Shown here: one piece after another, positions 1 to 12,156 of the stretch
Layout of the letters: each line of letters begins with the position of its first letter
How positions within the stretch are numbered: the stretch's first letter is position 1
From: Macrostomum lignano
Lineage: Eukaryota
Reading direction: 5' to 3'
DNA: 64,000 bases
Assembly: GCA_002269645.1 (NCBI GenBank)
Contig: NIVC01001587.1
Coordinates: 62,001 to 126,000 of the forward strand
Translations under genes and position numbers: made by a program
The notes under the pieces: model-generated
Databases searched by the model: none
The model's input: the letters and a program-made list of their open reading frames with translations, nothing else
What the model was told of the DNA's origin: nothing

Positions 1-650
1 ACTTGAGTTAGTAGAAAGTTAAGCGCTAACACAACAACCCTTGGACGACTCTTACGATACTGCAACTCACGCGATGCGCTCGTGACTCAACAGTCGCCTC
101 TTGTCACGGCAACGTTTTCAATGGCCTGAGCAGCAGGTGAAGACTGCCTGGGAGGGGGGTCACAGACCCCATGCCCATCTCAGCCTTTGCTAAGGCCTTC
201 GATAAGTAGATGTCGAGGTTGCAGGGGTTTAGTGAGAGAGCTGAAGACAATGCTAAAAAAGAACAGCGGTTTCCGCCGGACAACCTCGTAATAAACAAGC
301 ATTGAGAAGCATAGATAACATTTAGCTAGGCGTTAGTTTACTTTAACTATAAAGACCTCGGTAGAGGACAAGCAACGCGGGAAAACTTATCAAGAAGTTG
401 AGCCAAATTTATCTGGTATTCTTGCAAAAAAAATCAATCGTTGCGTTCATGTGGAGGGGGGTTGACGACTAGCGTCTGTTTAAATGTACATAAGGAGACT
501 GAAAATGCTAGAATGTGCACGAGTTGACTGCGTAATTTCTATTGGCAATTCTGGTGTCGCAATTGAAGCATTTGACTCAATTTCTCGATAGTGTCTCTCT
601 CTGCGTAAGGAATTTTATAAACTACTCATAGTAGCTTAACAAAATGTTAA

Positions 651-1377
651 TCACGATTTAAACAGAATAGAATTGAATTTATTATAAAATGACGGCGACT
701 CTCGAACCGAGCTCAAATTGGCTGGGACAGTGTGCACCGATTTTAATGTCTGCTGCTGCTGTTGCTTTTGCGGCTGTTTCTTCCCTCCAGACTGGTGCGC
801 AGCCGCCGACGAAGCCGCAGCTTCAACTAGCGGCTTGGCTGAGACCGGCAGCAGGCCGAATCGCGGCAGCTGCTTGGATTGAACGGTGGCCGCAGGCAGC
901 ACGGACGGGCCGGCGGGATCCTGGCTCTGAGCCGAGTAGGCGGCAGCTGAGCCGGGCGACACCCGGTGAGCGGCGAACGCTCCCAGCCGGTCGATGCTGG
1001 CCAGCAGGCCGTACAGCGAGCTGCAGGCGTGGGCGTGGCGCACCGCCGACTGGGTCAGCGGGCCGGCCAGAGCCTCCAGGTCGAACGGATCGATGGCCGA
1101 CTCCACCCGGCCAATCAGAGCCTCCAGCTGCCGATTGAACTCGGCATTGGCCGGGCTGTCCTCCCGGCGGGACAGCAGGGCGAACAGGAATCTGAGATCG
1201 AACAGCAGCTGTGCCAGCTGGTTTGGCGCCAGCTGCTGCTGCTGCGCCGGGCCGCTCTCGGCTGCTGCACCCGATAGCCGGGCTGTCAGGCAGCGGTCCA
1301 CGATGGCCAACAGGCGGTCGGTGAGGCTGGCCAGCAGGTGCTGCAGGCTGGCCCGACTGAGGGCGTGGCCGCCTCGT
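651..1377 (-). CDS. COG1: COG1 exon 8 (terminal)
   Basis: [36 protein letters not shown]; TGA at 651-653. Confidence 0.9.
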
Positions 1378-4300
1378 CTGCGGCGTGAGAGATTATCATA
1401 TTTATCATATGTAACAATAATTCATAGAGCCTAACATTTCTCAAAATCGGGATATCCCGTCAATTCACTGTCGACTATCTAGGCTAGGATTTGGGCTAGG
1501 GTCGGCAGTCACTGACTGACAGTCAAATATCACTAACAGTCAAATGTCAATGACAGTCAAATGTCACTGACAGTCAAATATCACTGACAGTCAAATGTCA
1601 CTGGCAGTCAAATGTCACTGACAGTCAAATGTCATTGACAGTCAAATGTCATTGACAGTCAAATATCACTGACAGTCAAAATGTAACTGACAGTCAAATA
1701 TCACTGACAGTCAAATGTCACTGGCAGTCAAATGTCACTGACAGAGTCAAATGTCACTGGCAGTCAAATGTCACTGGCAATCAAATGTCACTGACGGTCA
1801 AATATCACTGACAGTCAAATGTCATTGACAGTCAAATGTCATTGACAGCTAAATATCACTGACAGTCAAATATCACTGACAGAGTCAAATGTCACTGGCA
1901 GTCAAATGTCACTGACAGAGTCAAATGTCACTGGCAGTCAAATGTCACTGACAGAGTCAAATGTCACTGGCAGTCAAATGTCACTGGCAGTCAAATATCA
2001 CTGACAGTCAAATGTCACTGGCAGTCAAATGTCACTGACAGTCAAATATCACTGACAGTCAAATGTCATTGACAGTCAAATATCACTGGCAGTCAAATGT
2101 CACTGACAGTCAAATATCACGGCAGTCAAATGTCACTGACAGAGTCAAATGTCACTGGCAGTCAAATATCACTGACAGTCAAATGTCACTGACAGTCAAA
2201 TATCACTGACAGTCAAATGTCACTGACAGAGTCAAATGTCACTGCCAGTCAAATATCACTGACAGTCAAATGTCACTGTCAGTCAAATATCACTGACAGT
2301 CAAATGTCACTGACAGTCAAATGTCACTGACAGAGTCAAATGTCACTGGCAGTCAAATATCACTGACAGTCAAATGTCACTGACAGTCAAATGTCACTGA
2401 CAGTCAAATGTCACTGACAGTCAAATGTCACTGGCAGTCAAATGTCACTGACAGTCAAATGTTACTGACAGTCAAATGTCACTGACAGTCAAATGTCACT
2501 GGCAGTCAAATGTCACTGACAGTCAAATGTCACTGGCAGTCAAATGTCACTGACAGTCAAATGTCACTGGCAGTCAAATGTCACTGACAGTCAAAATGCC
2601 GTAGACCCTCAACGTTAACACTAATGTATGGATGACATTTCCCAAAATTCCAAGCAATTTTATCCGGCAGCACAAGCACAGTTAGTCCCTATAATACTTA
2701 ATGCAAGCGGCACACACTAAAGCTGGTTCCCACCTGCCCAGGTCGCGGCTCAGACCAAGCAGAAGCCGATGGCAGGGCCGCGAGGCGCACACCGGCACCA
2801 TGGCGGAGGCGGCCGCGGTCGCGGCGGGGTCGGCAGAGGCGTCGCTGGAGGAGGATGAGTCGGCAGCCGCTGTGCGCCGATCCCATCTAGCTGAGCCGGC
2901 TAAGAAAGCCATGCTCGAGCCTAGGACCTCTTCGGCGATGGCCGATTCAAATCGGCTGACGTGCCGAGTGCACAGGCCGTCCAAGTAGGCGCGGGCCAGC
3001 GACTCGGCGACGTCGCGCAGTCGCGGATCGGCTTTGGCCGCCTGCCGACGCAAATGACCGCCGCCGCCAGTTTGCGTCGATGCCGTTGCCAAGCTAGGCA
3101 GAAGCGTTGCCATAGCAACGGCCAGTCGCTGCATAGCCAACAGGCAGTGCTCCGAAGAAGATTCGGCAGCCGCCTCCTGCGAGCCGAGCGACTCCAACCT
3201 GCCAGCGCACCGGCCAATGAAGTCGTCCAGCAGGCCGCGCACCGCAGCCAGACCGTCCTCGGAGCCGCCGCCTCCGTCAGCCATCTGGGCGGACTCGATG
3301 CTGGCGAACAGGCCGCGGACAGTTGTCCGACAAGCGTCGCACAGAGCCTGCAAGCGCGGCGTCAACAGCGCCAGTCTATTCGCTACGGTCTCTTTAGCCG
3401 AGTCCGACCAGAGAAAAGCGGCCGGGTCCAGTTCGGCGTGAATCCGGCCGCGCCGGCCACTGTCCGAGTCAGCCTGTTGTCCGGCGCCGGCGCGAATGTC
3501 CGCCAGCAATTGGTCGAGGCCGTCGGACCAGCTGTTGTAGAGCGAGTCCAGGGCCGACTTGCACAGGGACTGCGAAGGTGGAAGGGACAGAAAAGGACTA
3601 GGCGTTTTTTCAATGAAACCCCTCTAAATTGCTCAAATTTTTATGGCGCAAAAATTATTAGGGCATCAACTGTGTGCTCACTGACTCTGATGGATTTCTT
3701 ATTAAGCGATTTCTCATTCGTCATCAACCTCTTTCCGTTCTCTCAGTCCGTACCACCTCCTTCCGTCACCCACCCACTTCTCTACTCGTAACCTCTGTCA
3801 CCCACCCACTTCTCTAACCTCTCTCCGTCACCCACCTACCATTCTCCAACCTGTCACCCACCCATCCTTCTCTAACCTCTGTCACCCACCTATCCTTCTC
3901 TACTCGTAACCTCTGTCACCCACCTACCCTTCTCCAACCTCTCTGTCACCCACCCACCCTTCTCTACTCGTAACCTCTCTCACCCATCCCACTTCTCTAA
4001 CCTCTCTGTCACCCACCCACCCACCCTTCTCTAACCTCTCTCTGTCACCCACCTACCCTTCTCCAACCTCTGTCACCCACCTACCCTTCTCCAACCTCTC
4101 TTTCACTCACCCACCCTTCTCCAACCTCTCTGTCACCCACCCACCCTTCTCTACTCGTAACCTCTGTCACCCATCCCACTTCTCTAACCTCTCTGTCACC
4201 CACCCACCCACCCTTCTCTAACCTCTCTCTGTCACCCACCCACCATTCTCCAACCTCTCCGTCACCCACCTACCCTTCTCCAACCTCTCTGTCACTCACC

Positions 4301-7300
4301 CACCCTTATCCAACCTCTCTGTCACCCACCCACCCTTCTCTACTCGTAACCTCTGTCACCCATCCCACTTCTCTAACCTCTCTGTCACCCACCCACCCAC
4401 CCTTCTCTAACCTCTCTCTGTCACCCACCCACCATTCTCCAACCTCTCCGTCACCCACCTACCCTTCTCCAACCTCTCTGTCACCCACCTACCCTTCTCC
4501 AACCTCTTTATCACATAACCACCCTTCTCCAACCTGTCACCCACCAACCCTTCTCTAACCTCTTTCCGTCACCCACCCCAGTCACACACGTTTCTCCATC
4601 ACCCACCCCAGTCACATACAGCGTCACGCACCCTTTCCATCCCCCAACCCCACCACAGCCTCACCGTCAGCTTGGTGTGAAACACCGGCTGGAAAATCTC
4701 GCTCCACAGATCCAGGCGGCGCTCGAACACCGCCGAACAGCAGGTTGCCCAATCAGGCGACGCGTTGACCTCCTTGAACTGCGCCAGCAGGGCGCACCGG
4801 ATGGAGTACAGGCTGGCTAGATCTGACACGAAATTCAGCGCTTCAACCAGCTGGTAGTTCAGGAATTCCCTCGTCCTTTATAGGGGGTTGGGGAGGCGGG
4901 GAACAAGAAACGAAAAGTTGGGCGATGAGCAATAAACGATAAAAATGAAAACAGATTTGCCAATAACGCTCACCCCAATCACCCACCTCCTCCATCACCC
5001 ACCTCCCCCATTATCTACCTCCATCACCCACCTCCTCCATCACCCACCTCCTCCATCACCCACCTCCTCCATCACCCACCTCCTCCATCACCCACCTCCT
5101 CCATCACCCACCTCCTCCATCACCCACCTCCTCCATCACCCACCTCCTCCATCACCCACCTCCTCCATCACCCACCTCCATCAGTCAGTTAAACTCACCT
5201 CTCTAGCCACTCATCAGCGGCCGCCTTGAGCCCGCGCACAGTCAAGTCGCAGTCCTCCAGATTTTGCATCGGCTGATAGGCCAGCACGTACTCTGGCAGG
5301 TGCCGAGTGCCCACCTGGGCAGAGTCAAAGCTAGCCAGAACCAGCCGAGCATTCACCTGCAGCTTCTCTTGAACTATTCGCTGCAGTAGTCCGGACTCTG
5401 CGGGTTACAGGATGCAGTTATTCTATTAACACAGCACTAGAGGAGCATCAATAAGGCCAATTAAAAAACCTACCGAATTGAGCAGACGATGAGAACAGCG
5501 TGTGACAAATCTCAACTGACGATAGCAAATTTGTTGCTACTAGAAGAAACTGCGCTTTAGAAGTCTCAGTTTCCATGTCGCGAAATGTTAACTCGATTGA
5601 TTGCTGCAGAGTATAAGCGGGGTTGCGGTGCCACGCGGCTGAACTATTGGATATTATTGGGAATTAAGTATCCCGATATTTGAGTTAGAAACTCGCGAGA
5701 CTAGATTTCTATTCTAGATGTTCAATAGATCTCGATTCTAGATGTTCAATAGATCTCGATTCTAGATGTTCAATAGATCTCTATTCTAGATGTTCAATAG
5801 ATCTCTATTCTAGATGTTCAATAGATCTCTATTCTAGATGTTCAATAGATCTCTATTCTAGATGTTCAATAGATCTCTATTCTAGATGTTCAATAGATCT
5901 CTATTCTAATGTTCAATAGATCTCTATTCTAGATGTTCAATAGATCTCTATTCTAGATGTTCAATAGATCTCTATTCTAGATGTTCAATAGATCTCTATT
6001 CTAGATGTTCAATAGATCTCTATTCTAGATGTTCAATAGATCTCTATTCTAGATGTTCAATAGATGTCTATTCTAGATGTTCAATAGATCTCTATTCTAG
6101 ATGTTGAACAAATCCAGCTCAGACCCACAACTTAAAGGGCCATTATTCCAACCAGCAACAGAAGCAGCAACCAACCGATCTCAGACTGAAAAAGTCGGCA
6201 ATAACGGCCTCAATGCCCAGGCCATTGAGCAGCATGAGGGCGGCCAGGTGCTGAGCGAAGGCTTGGCTCCGATCGCACAGGCTGCCTGACTGAATGTGAT
6301 TGGCTGGGCCAGCAGCTCGCGGCATCTGGCAACCACCGGCTTCTTCAATTGGCCAACGTCAGACCAGCGCAGCAGAGCCTCAGCTTTGAGTCCGGCCTCC
6401 TCTAAATCGGGATTCAACTCCAGATGCGTGTGCACGTGAGATGCGATGAAGAATAACTGAGCGGCTGACAGGCAGCTCTGCGATTCCAGGCTGGAATACA
6501 CCTGGCACAGAATGAGTAGAATATGAAATTCATTTCACACTCTATTCTTACTACTTGTAAGTAGCGATGTCTTTTTCCTTCTTAGCGAGTTATGGGGAGA
6601 GCTTTTAGGCACTGCCGCAAATCAAGGGAGGCAAGCAGTCATTGCCCTATTCGCTGACCTCTTTAGAACGCAGACGCTCACACAGGGTGTACAGTGGCTC
6701 TGACTGCCATTGTCAGGTAGTATGTACACTCTGTGTCTGATGGGGGTGGCCGCTTAGCTGCTCACCCCTCTCTCCTGGCTGCAGCTACGACTAAGACAGA
6801 CACTGACTGTCTCAGTGTGCCTCAGTGTGCCTCAGTGTCTGTCTCAGTGTCTGCCTTAGTGTCTGTCTTAGTGTCTGCCTCAGTGTCTGTCTCAGTGTCT
6901 GTCTCAGTGTCTGCCTTAGTGTCTGTCTTAGTGTCTGTCTCAGTGTCTGCCTTAGTGTCTGTCTTAGTGTCTGCCTCAGTGTCTGTCTCAGTGTCTGTCT
7001 CAGTGTCTGCCTTAGTGTCTGTCTTAGTGTCTGCCTCAGTGTCTGTCTCAGTGTCTGTCTCAGTGTCTGTCTTAGTGTCTGCCTCAGTGTCTGTCTCAGT
7101 GTCTGTCTTAGTGTCTGCCTTAGTGTCTGTCTTAGTGTCTGCCTCAGTGTCTGTCTCAGTGTCTGTCTCAGTGTCTGTCTCAGTGTCTGCCTCAGTGTCT
7201 GTCTCAGTGTCTGTCTCAGTGTCTGCCTTAGTGTCTGTCTTAGTGTCTGCCTCAGTGTCTGTCTCAGTGTCTGTCTCAGTGTCTGTCTCAGTGTCTGTCT

Positions 7301-8765
7301 TAGTGTCTGCCTCAGTGTCTGTCTCAGTGTCTGTCTTAGTGTCTGCCTCAGTGTCTGCCTCAGTGTCTGTCTTAGTGTCTGCCTCAGTGTCTGCCTCAGT
7401 GTCTGTCTCAGTGTCTGTCTTAGTGTCTGCCTCAGTGTCTGTCTCAGTGTCTGTCTCAGTGTCTGCCTCAGTGTCTGTCTCAGTGTCTTGTCTTAGTGTC
7501 TGCCTCAGTGTCTGTCTCAGTGTCTGTTTCAGTGTCTGCCTCAGTGTCTGTTTCAGTGTCTGCCTCAGTGTCTGTCTCAGTGTCTTGTCTTAGTGTCTGC
7601 CTCAGTGTCTGTCTCAGTGTCTGTTTCAGTGTCTGCCTCAGTGTCTGTCTCAGTGTCCGCCTCAGTGTCTGTCTCAGTGTCTGTCTCAGTGTCTGTCTTA
7701 GTGTCTGCCTCAGTGTGTATCTCAGTGTCTGTCTCAGCGTATTTGTGTCCGCTTTGTATGTCTTGATAGCATCCGTATTATAAGTGTCCATCTTAGCGTC
7801 GTTTTCAGCCTTCCAGACTTCATTCAGCCCCCTGGGAGGGACCAGTGTGCTAGTCTAACTATACTAAATCAATCTGCTACACATGCCCCAGCCAGCTCCG
7901 CACCAGTTCAGGCGTGTCCAACAGAAGGCGGATCTGGGCGCCGATTTGACTTCGCCTGACTCGCAATTCGAATCTGGGATCCATCCACCGCCTCCTGGCC
8001 GACGCCGACTCCGTCACCATGGCGACGCCGGGCGAATGCTTGCAGATGACGACGCTCGCGTTGTAGTCTGGTCCGATGGGCGCTCAGCTGAGCGAGGCTG
8101 TCGTTGATCTCCTGCGCGCTGCCGCTCATGGTTTTGATGACGTCAGCGGCCACGATGAGCTCGCGGTAACGCTCACTTGAGGGGGGCGTGTGAGGTTAAA
8201 TCCACTTCCGAATTCTGTTACAGACAGGCTAGCACACTGACAATTGGATAGACAGACAAAACACGAGTTGACAGGCAGAGAATCAGAACAGTCACAAATA
8301 GCTTGCATTAGGTTGACAGATCGACTGAATTCCATTACACTGACCAATGTCAGAGGCGCGGAGCTTTATATCTGTTCATCTGTCTGACTGACTGACTGAC
8401 TGGCTGACTGACTGACTGACTGACAGACACACAGACTGACTGACTGACTGACTGACTGACTGACTGACTGACAGACACACAGACTGACTGACTGACTGAC
8501 TGACTGACTGACTGACTGACACACAGACAGACAGACAGACAGGCAGGCAGAGAGACACAGGCAGGCAAGCAGGCAGACACTAAGACAGACATACACAGAC
8601 AGGCAGACAGACAGACTTGAGAAATAATAGTGTTAACTCAAGCACAACTCACCCAACAAGGAATCGAAGCTCCTCTTTCTTTCTTTCAATCTCATTTCGC
8701 GTCCTCTTCTCAATAGCACGGACTTGCTCCACTGTATTTTCTTCAAACAGATTAAGAACATCCAT
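651..8765 (-). CDS. COG1: Conserved oligomeric Golgi complex subunit 1, 8 exons: 8765-8653, 8175-7904, 6501-6176, 5603-5474, 5397-5199, 4875-4665, 3569-2734, 1377-651 (~937 aa if the two frameshifts are corrected)
   Basis: Translated exons match recalled COG1 motifs in order: [94 protein letters not shown]. All junctions are GT-AG with matching phases. Exons 2 and 3 each deviate by 1 nt from the length their phases require. Confidence 0.92.
1506..2595. repeat. 17-bp minisatellite CAGTCAAATGTCACTGA (with 19-bp variants), COG1 intron 7
   Basis: Direct reading. Confidence 0.97.
2734..3569 (-). CDS. COG1: COG1 exon 7
   Basis: 836-nt open GC-rich exon, phase 0 to 2; split codon AG|A gives Arg. 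Confidence 0.85.
3764..4615. repeat. C-rich variable ~25-30-bp minisatellite (CACCCACCCTTCTCCAACCTCTCTGT), COG1 intron 6
   Basis: Direct reading. Confidence 0.95.
4665..4875 (-). CDS. COG1: COG1 exon 6
   Basis: [15 protein letters not shown]...[17 protein letters not shown]; donor GTGAGG. Confidence 0.88.
4977..5180. repeat. 16-bp minisatellite CACCCACCTCCTCCAT, COG1 intron 5
   Basis: Direct reading. Confidence 0.95.
5199..5397 (-). CDS. COG1: COG1 exon 5 ([11 protein letters not shown]...[12 protein letters not shown]...DEWLE)
   Basis: Open frame, donor AG|GTGAGT, COG1-like HLP..FQP motif. Confidence 0.88.
5474..5603 (-). CDS. COG1: COG1 exon 4 ([37 protein letters not shown])
   Basis: CAG acceptor, GTAGGT donor; phases 0/1 bridge exons 3 and 5. 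Confidence 0.8.
5709..6105. repeat. 24-bp minisatellite TATTCTAGATGTTCAATAGATCTC, COG1 intron 3
   Basis: About 16 near-perfect copies. Confidence 0.97.
6176..6501 (-). CDS. COG1: COG1 exon 3 (contains a -1 frameshift)
   Basis: [17 protein letters not shown] in one frame, [14 protein letters not shown]...ADFFSLRS in another; 326 nt where the phases need 3n. Confidence 0.85.
6808..7740. repeat. 12-bp minisatellite CTCAGTGTCTGT and variants, COG1 intron 2
   Basis: Direct reading. Confidence 0.97.
7904..8175 (-). CDS. COG1: COG1 exon 2 (contains a +1 frameshift)
   Basis: Starts [13 protein letters not shown] in one frame and ends [13 protein letters not shown] in another; 272 nt where the phases need 3n+1. 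Confidence 0.85.
8382..8616. repeat. (GACT)n/(GACA)n microsatellite, COG1 intron 1
   Basis: Direct reading. Confidence 0.95.
8653..8765 (-). CDS. COG1: COG1 exon 1 ([38 protein letters not shown])
   Basis: ATG at 8765; Vps51/COG1-type N-terminal motif; donor GG|GTGAGT, phase 2. Confidence 0.88.
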
Positions 8766-11700
8766 TAGTGACAGATGCTGCTAATTAATAGTTCTTTAAT
8801 GTTCAAGCATCTGAAAAAATCATTTGACCATTGTAAATAGTGCCTTTCAGCATAAGTACATAATTATTAATAACTTATGTGTATTCTATTTGAATTACAT
8901 ATTATTCTATTTTGCTAGGACCCATTGTTATTGTTATGCAGTAAAATAGTCAAATAATCAATACTTTTTATTGATTATACATGCACATCCTCCTGATTTA
9001 CACTAGCCATATGACTTACTTTTTGACAAAAAATGCAACTTACCTTTAAAAGAAACCTAAGCAAAAATTAAAATAATTTTGGGTAAACATTAAGAGTAAC
9101 ATTCACTCTATTACACTAGGTAAATGCCTTGTCCTATAATTAGTACTGTCTGTATTTTTTCAGGTAGGTATTTTTGTGATTTAGTTTGGTTAGGCCCTTT
9201 GCCAGCTAGCAAGATTGGCCAGCTTGGCTGGGTGTTGCACATGAATGTTAACTGATCTAGTGATCCTCTTATGAAAGTATAAAATATAGTTTTTGGTACT
9301 CATGATTGGTTTTTACAAGTACCTAGCTATTTTGTTTACTAATCAATAATTAAAAAGTTTATAAATGCAAAAAGCTCATAATAGCAAATAGATCAAATCT
9401 ATAGAAGGCATTAAATATATAAAGGGACTCCAAGAGAATTAATTTTATAGTGTATTACTTTTGCTAATGTCTCCAATTTCTTTTTCCTCTTGTAGTTTGC
9501 ATTATTCTAAATATTAAAAGCTGTTTCCTGTCTAGACTAGGTTTAAAAAGACTTAAGTAAGAGTTCCATAACTTGCCAATATATATTCAGAACAGAAAGC
9601 AAATTTCAATAAAAGTAAGCTTTTTGCAAATAAATGACTTTTCAATGAAATTATATAAAATAAAAATGAAATATAAACTAGAAAAAAAAGAGAAAAATAA
9701 TTTGTCCAAATAACTTTAAAAAATATTTATTTGGCTTTTATTAAGAATAATAACAGACTAGCTTTTTAAATTTAATTTTGACACATAAAAAACTAGGTGC
9801 AAAACACGAGTTTTGTACTAGCACTTTTTAAAAACAAAACACAAACATAAAAATCAATATTTTCCATTTGAAAAACACTGGTAAAACTTGTATTTGATCT
9901 GTTTCATAGAAAATGCAATATTAACATATTTTAATTTAAAAAGCCAACAATACACCAACAAACAAGTGTTAAAAAAGAAACTATATGCTCATTTTCTGTG
10001 TATGAAAATATTTTCTTATCAAAAGTTGTTGTCTTACAACAAATTGTGCTAATTTTTTGTCTTCTGCACTACACTGGATCTGCACTATTATTGCACTGGA
10101 ATGCACTAGCATGGTGCATGCCTAACCCTCTTTTGCACTAGAATTTTCTATGAAAAAGGTCATCTTCCTGACTATAGAGCAAATATATTAAATTATGGTA
10201 GAACACCTAGGCCCTACTGAAAATTTCTTACAAACCTTTTCAATTATCAATTTGCCTAACCAATAGGTTAGGCATAGCTTTATTATCCCTATGGTCCTAG
10301 TCCATAGTCTAGATCATACTAAGTACATGCCCGAACAAAAATCAATAGTTACAAATGCATGCCAAAAAAATTTAAGTGTATACCCATTCTTAAAACTCGG
10401 CTGATGTTGCAACAATAAATGACTTTTTTATGCTGTGACAATAAATGATCTTTTTTCATTGCATAATAAACTATTTTTGACATATAATTTGGTTAATTTT
10501 TCTACTTTTTGGTGATACTATTTACAATAGAAAATTGATATACAAAAAAATTGTTTAAACACCTTATTACAAGCTTAAAAACCTAGAAAGTGGGAAATTT
10601 ACACTTGAAAATGGAAAGTGAAAATGAACTTTTTTCACCTTTTTTTCTATTTCACAATAACTCTTTTACATGATTCTATAAAGTACACACCAGGTGTATT
10701 TTCTTAAGTGATGCACACCAACTGTGCATGCCTACTTTTGGTGTGCAATGCCAATGCACGCCCGAATTTTTGGGCATATACTAGATGATCTGGAGTGTGG
10801 GTCCTAGTTAAAAAACTTCTAATAGTTCTAGGCCCCTATTAGTTTTAAAAATATAATATAATATTTTTATATTATATTATATAAATATTATATTTGGCAT
10901 AGTTCTAGTTTACTTTGTTATATTCCAACCCCCCTACCTTTGAATAGAGGGCAAAATAATTTAATGCAGTAAACTAGAACTATGCCTTATATTTAAATAT
11001 AACTTATATTGACAATGATAATATTATAAATAATTATTTACAAGCATTTATAAAAGCAAAAGATAACAAAAAATGTTGTTTATGCCTTTGCATTTTTGCC
11101 TGACTTTTTAGGCATTGTTACAAGTTTTGGCTTGGCTAGGCCTAGCTATATAATATTTAATTTTTTTATCAAGAAAATAAATAAGCAATAAAAATGCTTA
11201 AAAATGACATACTGCCACTGGGTATAGAATTAGATAAATAAAAAAATTAGATAAAATATTAGTTAAAAACCTTCTGGCAAAAATTATCAGTTTGCCTAAT
11301 AGGCAAAATGCATTAGGCCCTAGTAGGCCTATGTCCGGATGTCCCCCTATGTGTTTGTATTTACTCAGGCTGCAGGCAAATGAGATTTATCAAATGATTA
11401 GAAAAAAATGCTAAAAAATAAACTTTAAAATCTCACTGGAGTCCATATCTAGAGGCAACAAGGCAAACCTGCTGGAAAAGTAAAGAAAGTTAGAAATTGC
11501 CAATGCAAGGGGGAAATGGGGAATGACAGACTTGACGTTGACAGTGACAAAAATCGTAGCGCCATATTGGCAGTATCATCTGAATTTAGGAAGAACAACA
11601 ACAATAATAGAAATTTACCAATAATTTCATCTGAAACAAAATTTACTGCGGCACAGAAACGAGCCAGTCAGCCAGAACAGATGCCAAAACTGAACCGTGC

Positions 11701-12156
11701 GACAGCGACTGCGACTGCAGTACGCTTCATCAGTAGGTTCTAGGAAAACGTGTGTTGAAAATTTGTCAAAAATCGTAAACAACGATGAGGTCAGCAACCG
11801 CATTATTAAACTGTCTAGTCATCTTAATCTCCGGAATGGAACCCTAAGTTCCGGTTTCTTTTCTCTACATACCCATAAACAGTCACTATAAATAGTAAGT
11901 GTCGTAAAAATAACATTCTGTTCATGTGATGCCCCGCAGCTTTGCGTGCAAAGCATCTCATTTCTTTTTTATGCTTACTCTACTGTACCATCGTATGAAA
12001 TCTATTAAACCGAGACTGTGTATAGCAGAATCTCGCGCCCTTGACAAAAAATAACTAAAGGTTTAAAGCTATGGATTCATAAAAAGGTAATCTCCTATTG
12101 ATGAGTAGTTAAAAATATACAATCATATATATATTACATGCAATCACACAATCATT

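Noticed and set aside
71-298. Minus-strand TPR-like fragment (LSLNPCNLDIYLSKALAKAEMG) with an acceptor at 241 and a donor at 70
   Set aside because: All three frames contain stops between those sites; resemblance too weak without the upstream window
689-3791. Plus-strand ORFs (149, 146, 276 aa and others)
   Set aside because: Antisense shadows of GC-rich COG1 exons
6262-6290. 29-nt intron as the fix for the COG1 exon 3 frameshift
   Set aside because: Very short with poor splice signals, and it would remove SQA residues that align with conserved DQAVAEAL; kept only as a minor alternative
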